From: Eledone cirrhosa
Lineage: Eukaryota
Assembly (NCBI GenBank): GCA_964016885.1
Contig: OZ024741.1
Coordinates: 38,564,001 to 38,628,000, forward strand
Length of the DNA: 64,000 nt
Direction of reading: 5' to 3'
The first letter of the stretch is position 1, and each line of letters starts with the position of its first letter. Shown here piece by piece: positions 38,001 through 49,615 of this stretch. Both the position numbers and the translations under genes were made by a program. A model generated the notes under the pieces. It searched no databases and had not been told where the DNA came from. It worked only from the letters and a program-made list of their open reading frames with translations.

Positions 38001-40618
38001 TGGCTGATAAGAGGCGTGTTCTGTCACGCTACTTGACGGCAAAATCACAGGAGAGAAATACGTTGCATGAAGAACTCAAGGATGTAAAATCACGTGTTAG
38101 GCGGAGTCTTTCCCAGATGAAGGATCAGTGGTGGAGTGAGAAGGCTGGTGAGATACAAACTGCGTCTGATTCCAATAACACAAAGCTGTTGTACAGTCTC
38201 TTGCGAGAGGTTTATGGACCGTCTTCTTCTCTGGTGACACCGCTTCGCAGCAAGGATGGCAAAGAACTTCTTCGTGACTCACAAGAAATTCTACGAAGGT
38301 GGCGAGAGCACTTTGATGATCTTTTGAATCAGCCGTATGTCGTCAGTGAAGATTTCCTCAATCTCAATCCAGAAAGTCCTGTGAAAGTAGCTCTCGCAGA
38401 ACCTCTGACGCTTGTGGAGGTTGCAGTGGCTATCTCGAAGCTGAACAGTGGAAGGTCTCCAGGTATGGATGGCATACATGCTGAGCTCCTACAATATGGT
38501 GGTGAGAGACTCCTGCAACATCTTCACTCTTTGTTTGGCAGGATATGGGCTAATGAATCCGCACCTGAGGACTGCAGAGATGCAGTAATGGTGGTTTTGT
38601 ACAAGGGAAAGGGTAACAGGAATGATTGTGGGAACTACAGAGGTATATCATTGTTTTCTGTCGTAGGGAAAGTTTTATGTAGGGTGCTTCTGGAGCGTCT
38701 GCTGACACACATTGCAGATTGTATTCTTCCTGAAAGTCAATCTGGTTTTCGTGCTGGACGCGGCACTATTGATATGATCTTCTCAGCTAGACAGCTCCAG
38801 GAGAAGTGCATGGAACAAGGTTTGGATCTGTATCAGGTTTTTGTCGATCTGACAAAAGCTTTCGATACTGTTAACAGAGAGGCATTATGGAAGGTTCCCC
38901 AGAAACTTGGTTGCCCTGATAAGTTCCTTGCTTTAGTTAGGTCTTTCCATGACGACATGAAGGCTTGGGTTAATGTCGGAGGTAACATGTCGGAGCCTAT
39001 CTCAGTAAAAAATGGAGTGAAACAGGGGGATATTCCAGCACCGACCCTGTTTGCCATATACTTTGCAATGGTTTTCTGTATTGCATTCAGGAATTGCGAG
39101 CATGGTGTTTACATCCGATATCGAACCTCAGGCAGCATATTTAACATCAGGCGCTTTGCTGCAAAGACAAAAGTATTTACATCAATCATAAGAGACCTCT
39201 TGTATGCAGATGATTGCGATCTTGTAGCGCACACAGAGAGTGATATGCAGCACATTTTGAATGCATTCTCTGACGCTTGCACTGCCCTAGGATTGACTGT
39301 CAGTCTCAAGAAAACCGTCGTCATGTACCAACCTGCCCCTGGTAAGCAGTACACTGAACTAAATATCTATGTGTATGGTAAACGACTTGGAGTGGTTGAT
39401 CAGTTTGTCTACCTGGGAAGCACTGTCAATCGATACAGCAACCTTGACAGTGAAATCTCACTTAGGATTAGGAAAGCAAGTGATGTTTTCGGAAAGCTAG
39501 AAAGGCGACTCTGGGGTCGGAGAGACATATGCAGGAGGACAAAGGTAAAGGTGTACAAGGCATGTGTGCCCTCTTGTCTTCTTTATGTTTGCGAGACCTG
39601 GGTCACATATCGACAACACCTTAAGCAATTGGAGCGTTTCCATCAGATGTGTCTCAGACGGACCCATGGCGTTCACTGGAGGGACCACATCAGTGATGTC
39701 GAGATTTTGGAAAGATCTATGTGTGACAGTATAGAAGCTCTTGTGCTTAAGCAACGACTCCGTTGGAGTGGTCACCTTGCCAGGATGAAAGATTCTAGAA
39801 TACCAAAACAACTCTTTTATGGAGAGTTGGTTAAAGGAAAACGACCGCCACATAAACCCCAAAAGAGGTATAAGGATTCCTTGAAAGCCTCTTTGAAAGA
39901 CGCTAACGTCTCGGCTGATACATGGGAAAATATTGCTGCTGATCGTAATAAATGGAGAAAGACTGTATATGTGGGAAAAGTTGCCTTTGAGAAATCTCGA
40001 ATCACATACGAGAAAGTAAAGCGGGATGTGAGGAAGGGCATTACTGTTGCACTTCCAGACGGCGAAGGTCCTCCTATGGTGCTGACATGCAGCGTCTGTG
40101 CGAGACTCTGCCTAAGCAAAGCTGGACTCGAAAGTCATCTTCGCAGTCATAAAGTAAGACCAGTGGTTGACTACCAGGCTGCTGTTGGAGATGCTACTCA
40201 TCATGCTTGCCAAACATGTGGTAGAGAATGTAAATCAGCAGGAGGGCTCAAGCGACATGCAAAAGTACATGAACTCCAACCACAGCCGGCTATTCCCAGT
40301 GAATGCTTTGGTTGCCGACTCTGTGCAAGACATTTTAGATCATTGGCTGGGCTAAAAAGCAACATTCGATCGCAGCGCTGTTAATTGCTATCGTGTGTGT
40401 GTGTGTATAGGTATGTTTATGTGTGCGTGTGTGTGTATATATATATGTATATGTATAATATTATTGTTGTTGTTGTCGTTATTATTATTATTATTATTAT
40501 TATTGTTATTAATGTATGTGTGTGTATGTATATATATATGTGTGTATATATGTATATGTACGTGTGTATATATATATATTTCTTTTTTTTTTGTTTTATA
40601 TTATTTTTTATTTATTTA

Positions 40619-40655
<37 letters not shown>

Positions 40656-40709
40656 TCTTTTTTCTGCTCGTGCAATGGCCATACTCGATAACGAGGGGAC
40701 AGCCATCAT
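35041..40709 (+). pseudogene. RTE LINE copy B, full length but disrupted, with a Tx1/L1 insertion in its 5' UTR
   Basis: APE is broken by a deletion, a frameshift and stops. An 814-aa RT plus zinc-finger ORF spans 37940-40384 (YADD). 3' end GGCCATACTCGATAACGAG..CAGCCATCAT plus (GTAT)n. Confidence 0.95.
35349..36769 (+). mobile_element. L1/Tx1-clade retrotransposon, 5'-truncated ORF2 3' end
   Basis: KLSLKGRA..FRFLWKG..GGL.MP..W....ALPVRDKL..CPRC..ETVVHALVQCP (zf-RVT type CCHC), AATAAA near the end, and a 17-bp TSD CATTAATAATTATTAAT (35306-35322, 36770-36786). Confidence 0.9.
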
Positions 40710-40736
40710 GTATATATGTATGTATGTATGTATTAT

Positions 40737-41344
40737 GTCAGGTCACCAGTTGGTGCTACTGCTAACATGTATCCCAGTACAACCTGCCTCATGGTCGGGT
40801 CGTTGGCGACTAAACTGGCAACCACCCAAGGTTTCTTGGTGAGGAGGGTGACTTTGGATAACCTGCAGGACTAAAAACAAAACCTGTCAAAGGGCAAAGG
40901 AGCTCTTAGGAGTCAATGACCACCCAAAATCACCGGGAGAGATGACCCCTTAGCCTTTGTCAAGGCAGAATTCTAGGAGAAGGAAATCTCTGATATAACA
41001 CTGCAACTCTGATGGTATCCAATGATGTTGACTTGTTCTTCTTTTTGGTAAATATCATCTTGGTTAAGAGAGTGGGACTGGCTTTGTGCAGTGCCTTTGC
41101 TCACTATAAAAGCTTCACGGCACAGGCATTGCTTTATATCTGGAGATGTCTCTGCGCTTGTCGTCACATGCTACCATGGGCCCAGCACTATGTGTCAATA
41201 ATTGTCTTAAGTGTAGTGTTTGTACCAAAGTTTTCAAGTCGCTGGCTGGACTAAAAAGTCACACTCGTTCAGCGCATCGGTAGGGGTTCTCCTATATGGA
41301 TATAAAGTAGTGGCCGTACTCGAAAACGAGTTGGCAGCCACCAT
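40737..41344 (+). mobile_element. Bipartite RTE-derived non-autonomous element, full length
   Basis: Near-identical to 59198-59807 and lies directly in the tail of LINE copy B. Confidence 0.9.
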
Positions 41345-41394
41345 GTATGTACGTATGTATGTATGTGTGTATGTATGTACGTATGTATGTATGT

Positions 41395-41920
41395 TCTTCT
41401 GGTTTTATAATTTAACAAAGTTTTACCAATCGAGAGAGAGAGTCGGTTTCTAACATAGACACAAGACTCTCTCATTGGAATTTACACAACATCAACTAGG
41501 TAGATATGTATGTATGCATGCATGTGTAGATATGGATGTTATTGTATGTGTGGATGTGGATGTTTTGAGTTGTATGTGTGCATGTGTATATGCTTTGTAT
41601 CTGTACATGTGTATATGCAGTTATTAGATGCAACATTTTTGGAATGTTTTACATATTTTTACTGTTCCATTAATGGATTGTACTTGTAGTTTCCTAACTA
41701 GTTGTGTTCTTTCTGTTCCTGTGAAGCCCAGCTTCTCAAGATTTGTATTGAGGCAGTTACTAACATATCCCAATGCCCCAATAATCACAGGCATAAATCT
41801 GAAGGTGTAATCAGGGTGGAGTATCTGCAGATTTCTCATCAGTTCTGCATAAATATTCTCCTTTTCGTTAATCTTTGATATTATATTGGCATCTACTGGG
41901 CAGCTAATTTCCAGCTAATT
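41395..41920 (-). mobile_element. R4/Dong-like RLE retrotransposon 3' fragment (family 1)
   Basis: EISCPVD..KINEKENIY..PVIIGALG..KICKTF, flanked by (TATG)n on both sides. Confidence 0.85.
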
Positions 41921-41973
41921 TATGTATGTATGTATGTACGTATGTATGTATGTACGTATGTATGTATGTATGT

Positions 41974-43713
41974 TTTCTCTTTCTCTTAATTTCGAGTATA
42001 TTTTTTTGACCGGCCACCTTCCTGGTGGCAAGGTTGTAAAAGAAAAGAAATTGTCATCCCTTGAATCGCAAGAATGTTTTGCATATTTTGAAGGTGCCAG
42101 CTATCGCAGCCATTTGTAGACTATGAATTAGGGAGCTGCGCTTTTTGTCCGCAAATCCAAGTTCGGTCATACTTTGGTCCAAGCGGGTTGGTATATAACC
42201 CGTAGCATGGGTATGAATGATGGGTATGAAGCTAAAGGTGTATCTTGGATACTGGATTTGTAAGCTCCTCATCAATGGTCCGTAGATGTCCTCCTTCTCC
42301 TGTATTTTTCTGACAACGTTTACATCAAGTGGGCAGCTGATCTCCACAACAGAACACGTTTTCAATGTGTGGTCCCAAACTACAATATCAGGCCGGTTGT
42401 GCTTTAATTTGGTGGCAGTTTTTATTTTCAGGTTCCACCAGTATTCCTTAGTGCCATCTGTCTCAATATATTCTTCCTCGTTTGTTGTTAATTTTGTTTT
42501 CCGAAGTGCGTTCCAGATAGTTCTAGCTATCCCATCGTGTCTAATGGGGAGATAGTAGCGAGATGACATTCTTTTGCAGCTGGCAACAATGTGGCTTACA
42601 TCCTCGATCTTTGTTTTACATAGCCTACATTTATTGTCAGCTGCTGGCCCTCCTCTTTTGTGCAGCAGATATTTCGTAGGGAGTTCTTGTTCCTGTATTG
42701 CATAGAGATATCCCTCAAGGTGTGATGTCATAAACTTGTCGGAACTCCATGCCAGGCTTTTTGAGTGGTTTATCCCCTCTATGGTCTGTGTTTTACGTCT
42801 CAAGTATCCATGCACAACTTTCTCTGTAAATTGGTCAATTTTTTTTTCTTGTTTGAACATTGAATAGGATCTTCCGATTTCTCTGGGTGAGAGATTTATA
42901 TCAGGCTTTATTCCATATCTCTCCTCCAGATCAGTCGCTATTCTAATGATATTTCTTTTTTCATGCTCATAAACCTGAGCAAGATGGTCGCCAACCTTTT
43001 CCCTCTGTTGAAGGTGTTGCTTCAGTGTTACTATCCGGGTCTCATATGTTGTTAATATTGATTTTAGACCCCGGCCACCTTCCTTGCGTGAGAAGTATAG
43101 CCTATCCACATCACCATTGATGTTAAAGTTCCCAGTAACACTGAGAAGTTTTCGAGTTCTAACATCCATCTCACTTAGTTCTTGCAATGACCAGTTCAGT
43201 AGGCCAAATGTTGGCGTTAGAATTGGCACAGCATAGGTATTGTGGGCAATGTATTTGTTGTATGCTGACAGTTCTGATGACCATATTTTTTTTACTCTTC
43301 TGAGGTATTCAGTTCTGGTTCTCTCCTTATTTATGGGTCCATCATATCTGACATTCTCATCCTGTCCAAGATATCTGTAGTTGTCACCTGACTGCAGAGG
43401 TTGTATTGTCAGGCCGTTCATCTCTAGATTTCTAGAGGAGGGCACAGCTCTTCCACGTTTTACTGCCAAATATGCACACTTGGACTCACCAAATTTCATT
43501 TTGATGTCGGTTGAAAATTGTGTAATGAGGTCCAATTGTTTCTTGATGTCATTGATATTTGGCCCATACAACTTCAGGTCATCAACAAAGAAAAGATGGG
43601 AGATACTTCTGGGCCCACTTCTTTGTCCACCTTGTTTCCTGAGTAGGTAAGATAGTGGATTCAGTGAGAGAACGAAGAGTAGTACTGACAAGCTATCACC
43701 CTGAAAGATGCCC
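41974..43713 (-). mobile_element. R4/Dong-like RLE retrotransposon, 5'-truncated, open RT C-half plus CCHC plus restriction-like endonuclease (family 2)
   Basis: ORF 42054-43713: [68 protein letters not shown]. Flanked by (TATG)n on both sides. Confidence 0.92.
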
Positions 43714-44701
43714 TGTATGTATGTATGTATGTATGTATGTATGTATGTATGTATGTATGTATGTATGTATGTTTTGATGCCGCTGTTGTTGTTGTTGTTG
43801 TAATTGTTGTAAATGTTCATTTCAGTTCATTCTGAAGCTGTTGTTGCTGTAAACATTAGGGCCGGTGTTGTTGTTGTTGTAGATGTTGGGGTTGAAATCT
43901 GGTTGTTTGACTGAGTGATGTATATACACACATATACATACACACACATATATATATATACATTCATCAGAGAGTAGAGAGTTTGACAACAGGTCGATGA
44001 CTTTAGTCTCGATAGGGTATGGTATGGTAATGACATGTGATGGTGGGGAGAGAGTGTAGACGTTATTGTGGTGGTGTGGACAGTGAGATGTATCTAGTTC
44101 ATTTGACCGTTTTCTTCTCAAAACATAAAAAAAGGAAGGGAAAAGAAAAAAGAAAAGGGAAGGGGAAAAAAAAAAAAAAAAAAAAAGGAGAAAAAAAAGA
44201 AAGGGAAAAAAAAAAAAAAAACTCAAAATAACAAAACACACACACACACACACACACACAACAGAACAACAACATCAACTGCCACCACCACCACCACCGC
44301 CACCGCCGTCGCCATCACCATCACCAGCGACCTGGCCTTAAGAACAACTTTAATAATAATTTTTCTGCTTTTGGCACGGATCCAGCGACTGGCCAGCGCA
44401 TCACTGGTACTCTCTTTTGTTGACTCCGTGGAGAGCCATAACTCTATGCTGTAAAGCAATTATAGTAATACTGGACTGTAATACGATCGGCTTCAACTAT
44501 ACAAACTCTTGAAAGTCAACAGTTGACATAATCTGGTAATCTTGTATCAGTAATGACGGTAATATATATATATATATGTGTGTGTGTGCGTGTAAGTGAG
44601 TAGAGTAGCGTGTGTGTGTGTTTGTTGTGTGTGTGAGTGTTGCTGTGTGCACGCATATGTATGCGTGTGTGTGTATGTCGTACGTATAAGTGTCAATAAG
44701 T

Positions 44702-44732
<31 letters not shown>

Positions 44733-44734
<2 letters not shown>

Positions 44735-45034
44735 GCGGGGACATAGAAATAATCGGGCTGGATGCCCGATCGCGCAGTTAAACCACTGGGAGGGAAGAAC
44801 CCCTAGCCCATGTCAGGGTATTCTTCTAGGAGAAGGCATCTCAGGAAACTGGGTTAACTCCGATATAAAACCTGCGGCTCAGTAGTTACCGATGATGTTG
44901 ATCTTTTCTTCTTTTCGGGTTATAGCTACTGTCGCTCAGAGAGTGGGATTGGTTCAGTGCACAGTCTTTCCTCACTTTAAAAATATTCGTCACGCACAGG
45001 CATTGCACGAGTGCATTAATAATTATTAATAGTG

Positions 45035-45073
<39 letters not shown>

Positions 45074-45106
45074 TATTATTACTTTTTTTTTTTTTTTTTT
45101 TTTTCT

Positions 45107-45139
<33 letters not shown>

Positions 45140-48100
45140 CCAATTCAATGATGTTCCAGAACAATGTAAACGAGATAATTGCCAATTTGGGTTCTGGAAC
45201 AAAAAAGATCATTGGCAATAAGGGCAGGGGCCCCAAGTTATCACAACCTGGGCCCGCCCGTCATCGTGCCATTGTAATAGAGCCAAACAGGGCATTTAGT
45301 CTTGGCTGCTGGAACGTACGGACGCTGCTTGACAGGGATTCTTTGGAGCGTCCTGAACGAAGGACCGCTCTTGTTGCGAAGGAGCTTCGACGTTACGATC
45401 TTGACATCGTGGCTTTGTCTGAGACGAGGTTAGCTGGAGATGGTCATCTTACGGAATTTTGTGGAGAATATACATTCTTCTGGAAAGGAAGAGATGAAGG
45501 AACCAGAAGAGAGGCTGGGGTAGGATTTGCTGTTAAGACTGTACTGGTGAATAAATTGGAAGAATTCCCAGTGGGGATTAGTGAGCGTCTTATGTCCATG
45601 AGAGTTCCGCTGGACAAGGGAAGATATGCTACCCTGGTGAGTGTGTATGCTCCAACTATGAATTCTGTCGATGAAGAAAAACTGTCCTTTTACCATGCCT
45701 TGAAAGGTGTTTTAAGAAATATCCCTCAGGCAGACAAAGTCATCGTGCTTGGTGACTTTAATGCTAGAGTGGGTAGGGATTTTAACACATGGAATGTAAT
45801 CGGAAGGCATGGGGTGGGAAAGTGTAACAGCAATGGTATGCTCTTGCTGCAGATGTGTGAGGAGCTGGATCTGTGTGTTACCAACACCATGTTCCAACGG
45901 AAGAACAAATTCAAGACCACATGGAGGTATCCTGCATCTAAGGAATGGCATCTTTTGGACTACGTCCTAGTCAGGATGCGTGACAGACAGGATGTGCGGT
46001 GTGTTCGTGTTCTTCGTGGAGCTGAGTGCTGGACGGACCACCGCCTGGTACGCGCAAAAGTGAATCTAATCACCAAACGTAAAATCCGGGCTCCTGGTGT
46101 TACCCTGCCCAAAAGATTGAATGCTGCTCGTCTTAAGGATAAAAATGTGAAGAGGACATTGGAAGAAGAGATGCAGGCTGCAGATCTTGGTGAGGATTGG
46201 CCGACCCTTAAAAAGTCGGTTTATGATGTAGGCAGACGTGTTCTGGGATTGGTGCAGAGAAAACATCAGGACTGGTTTAATGAGAAAGATGTGCATATAG
46301 ATGACTTGTTGGCTGATAAGAGGCGCGCTCTGTCACGCTACTTGACGGCAAGACCACAGGAGAGGAATACGTTGCATGAGGAGCTCAGGGATGTAAAATC
46401 ACGTGTTAGGCGGAGTCTTTCTCAGATGAAGGATCAGTGGTGGAGTGAGAAGGCTGGTGAGATACAAACTGCGTCTGATTGCAATAACACAAAGCTGTTG
46501 TACAGTCTCTTGCGTGAGGTTTATGGACCGTCTTCTTCTCTGGTGACACCGATTCGCAGCAGGGATGGCAAAGAACTTCTTCGTGACTCACAGGGAATTC
46601 TACGAAGGTGGCGGGAGCACTTTGATGATCTTTTGAATCAGCCGTCTGTCGTCAGTGAAGATTTCCTCAATCTCATTCCGGAAAGTCCTGTGAAAGTAGC
46701 TCTCGCAGAGCCTCCGACACTTGTGGAGGTTGCAGTGGCTATTTCGAAGCTGAACAGTGGAAGATCTCCAGGTATGGATGGCATACATGCTGAGCTCCTA
46801 CAATATGGTGGTGAGAGACTCCTGCAACATCTTCACTCTCTGTTTGGAAGGATATGGGCTAATGAATCCGTGCCTGAGGACTGGAGAGATGCAGTAATGG
46901 TGGTCTTGTACAAGGGAAAGGGTAACAGGAATGATTGTGGGAACTACAGAGGTATATCATTGCTTTCTGTCGTGGGGAAAGTTTTATGTAGGGTGCTTCT
47001 GGACCGTCTGCTGACACACATTGCAGATTGTGTCCTTCCTGAAAGTCAATCTGGTTTTCGTGTTGGACGCGGCACTACTGATATGATCTTCTCAGCTAGA
47101 CAGCTCCAGGAGAAGTGCATTGAACAGGGCTTGGATCTGTATCAGGTTTTTGTCGATCTGACAAAGGCTTTCGATACTGTCAACAGAGATGCATTATGGA
47201 AGGTTCTCCAGAAACTTGGTTGCCCTGATAAGTTCCTTGCTTTAGTTAGGTCTTTCCATGACGACATGAAGGCTTGGGTTAATGTCGGAGGTAACATGTC
47301 GGAGCCTATCTCAGTAAAAAATGGAGTGAAACAGGGGGATATTCCAGCACCGACCCTGTTTGCCATATACTTTGCAATGGTTTTCTGTATTGCATTCAGG
47401 AATTGCGAGCATGGTGTTTACATCCGATATCGAACCTCAGGCAGCATATTTAACATCAGGCGCTTTGCTGCGAAGACAAAAGTATTTACATCAGTCATAA
47501 GAGACCTCTTGTATGCAGATGATTGCGATCTTGTAGCGCACACAGAGAGTGATATGCAGCACATTTTGAATGTATTTTCTGACGCTTGCACTGCCCTGGG
47601 TTTGACTGTCAGTCTCAAGAAAACCGTCGTCATGTACCAACCTGCACCTGGTAGGCAGTACACTGAACCAAACATCTATGTGTATGGCAAACGACTTGGA
47701 GTGGTTGATCAGTTTGTCTACCTGGGAAGCACTGTCAATCGATACGGCAACCTTGACAGTGAAATCTCACTTAGGATTAGGAAAGCAAGTGATGCTTTCG
47801 GAAAGCTAGAAAGGCGACTCTGGGGTCGGCGAGACATATGCAGGAGGACAAAGGTAAGGGTGTACAGGGCATGTGTACTCTCTTGTCTTCTTTATGCCTG
47901 CGAGACCTGGGTCACATATCGACACCACCTTAAGCAATTGGAGCGTTTCCATCAGATGTGTCTCAGACGGATACATGGCGTTCGCTGGAGGGACCACATC
48001 AGTGATGTCGAGATTTTGGAAAGCTCTATGTGTGACAGTATAGAAGCTCTTGTGCTTAAGCAGCGACTCCGTTGGAGTGGTCACCTTGCCAGGATGAAGG

Positions 48101-48701
48101 ATTCTAGAATACCAAAACAACTCTTCTATGGAGAGTTGGTTAAAGGAAAACGACCGCCACATAAACCAAAAAAGAGGTATAAGGATTCCTTGAAGGCCTC
48201 TCTGAAAGACGCTAACATCTCTGCTGATACATGGGAAAATATTGCTGCTGATCGTAATAAATGGAGAAAGACTGTATATGAGGGAAAAGTTGCCTTTGAG
48301 GCATCTCGAATCGCACACGAGAAAGTAAAGCGGGACGTGAGGAAGGGTATTGCTGTTGCACTTCCAGACGGCGAGGGTCCTCCTATGTTTCTGACATGCA
48401 GCGTCTGTGCGAGACTCTGCCTAAGCAAAGCTGGACTCGAAAGTCATCTTCGCAGTCATAAAGTAAGACCAGTGGTTGACTACCAGGCTGCTGTTGGAGA
48501 TGCTACTCATCATGCTTGCCAAACATGTGGTAGAGAATGTAAATCAGCAGGAGGACTCAAGCGACATGCAAAAGTACACGAACTCCAACCACAGCCGACT
48601 ATTCCCAGTAAATGTTTTGGTTGCCGACTCTGTGCAAGACATTTTGGATCATTGGCTGGGCTAAAAAGCCACATTCGATCGCAGCACTGTTAGTTGCTAT
48701 C

Positions 48702-48747
<46 letters not shown>

Positions 48748-48809
48748 GCTTATGTGCGTGCGTGTGTGTGTATATATATATGAATATGTATATTATTATT
48801 GTTGTTGTC

Positions 48810-48869
<60 letters not shown>

Positions 48870-48935
48870 TTTTTTTTTTTTTTTTTTTTTTTTTTGTGCA
48901 ATGGCCATACTCGATAACGAGGGGGCAGCCATCAT
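44733..48935 (+). mobile_element. RTE LINE copy C, full length and intact
   Basis: 5' UTR with TCTAGGAGAAGG, a single ORF, a 3' stem-loop and a (GTAT)n tail to about 49045. Confidence 0.97.
45148..48693 (+). CDS. RTE-clade LINE protein: AP-like endonuclease, reverse transcriptase and three C-terminal C2H2 zinc fingers (1181 aa)
   Basis: WNVRTL, LSETR, GDFNA, DY, TDH (APE). NYRGISLL, FVDLTKAFD, GVKQG, LYADD, YLGS (RT). CSVC..H..H, CQTC..H..H, CRLC..H..H. No stops. Confidence 0.97.
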   Translation: MMFQNNVNEIIANLGSGTKKIIGNKGRGPKLSQPGPARHRAIVIEPNRAFSLGCWNVRTLLDRDSLERPERRTALVAKELRRYDLDIVALSETRLAGDGHLTEFCGEYTFFWKGRDEGTRREAGVGFAVKTVLVNKLEEFPVGISERLMSMRVPLDKGRYATLVSVYAPTMNSVDEEKLSFYHALKGVLRNIPQADKVIVLGDFNARVGRDFNTWNVIGRHGVGKCNSNGMLLLQMCEELDLCVTNTMFQRKNKFKTTWRYPASKEWHLLDYVLVRMRDRQDVRCVRVLRGAECWTDHRLVRAKVNLITKRKIRAPGVTLPKRLNAARLKDKNVKRTLEEEMQAADLGEDWPTLKKSVYDVGRRVLGLVQRKHQDWFNEKDVHIDDLLADKRRALSRYLTARPQERNTLHEELRDVKSRVRRSLSQMKDQWWSEKAGEIQTASDCNNTKLLYSLLREVYGPSSSLVTPIRSRDGKELLRDSQGILRRWREHFDDLLNQPSVVSEDFLNLIPESPVKVALAEPPTLVEVAVAISKLNSGRSPGMDGIHAELLQYGGERLLQHLHSLFGRIWANESVPEDWRDAVMVVLYKGKGNRNDCGNYRGISLLSVVGKVLCRVLLDRLLTHIADCVLPESQSGFRVGRGTTDMIFSARQLQEKCIEQGLDLYQVFVDLTKAFDTVNRDALWKVLQKLGCPDKFLALVRSFHDDMKAWVNVGGNMSEPISVKNGVKQGDIPAPTLFAIYFAMVFCIAFRNCEHGVYIRYRTSGSIFNIRRFAAKTKVFTSVIRDLLYADDCDLVAHTESDMQHILNVFSDACTALGLTVSLKKTVVMYQPAPGRQYTEPNIYVYGKRLGVVDQFVYLGSTVNRYGNLDSEISLRIRKASDAFGKLERRLWGRRDICRRTKVRVYRACVLSCLLYACETWVTYRHHLKQLERFHQMCLRRIHGVRWRDHISDVEILESSMCDSIEALVLKQRLRWSGHLARMKDSRIPKQLFYGELVKGKRPPHKPKKRYKDSLKASLKDANISADTWENIAADRNKWRKTVYEGKVAFEASRIAHEKVKRDVRKGIAVALPDGEGPPMFLTCSVCARLCLSKAGLESHLRSHKVRPVVDYQAAVGDATHHACQTCGRECKSAGGLKRHAKVHELQPQPTIPSKCFGCRLCARHFGSLAGLKSHIRSQHC

Positions 48936-49494
48936 GTATGTATGTATGTATGTATGTATGTATGTATGTATGTATGTATGTACGTATGTATGTATGTACG
49001 TATGTATGTATGTATGTATGTATGTATGTATGTATGTATGTATGTGAATGTATGTGATTGTGTGTGTACAATACACTATGTACAGTATGTAGCCGTGACA
49101 CTATTCTGACGTGTAATATGTCCGTGGGTGCACGTAAGCCAGGGAACGAAACATATCACAGAGTTAAAGAAATACGTTCTTTAGTATTATCATTGTCAGT
49201 CCCAAATCACTGCCACCACCACCAACACCAACACCACCGTCGCCACCACTATCACTACCACCACCACCACCACCACCACCACCAAAACAACCACCACCTA
49301 CATCATCATCACCACCACCACCACCACCACCACCACCTACATCACCACCACCACTAGCAGCAGCACCACCAGCAATATATATATATTGAAAATAGAATTA
49401 GAAGCTCTCACCATATATTGACTAGAGAAAACAAGTTAACATTAAGACATACGGAACTCCATAACGGAAACAATTGTTGGGTTTACATGCGTTA

Positions 49495-49615
49495 ATATTG
49501 TTTCTACTTTAGGCACAATGCCTGCAAAGACCTCAGTGCATTACTGGTACTTTATTTTATCGACACCGTAAGGATGAAAGGGAAAGCTAACATCGGTGGG
49601 ATTTGAACTCAGAAT
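49495..49615 (-). mobile_element. tRNA-derived SINE fragment
   Basis: CTGGTACTTTATTTTATCGAC..GATTTGAACTCAGAA. Confidence 0.7.
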
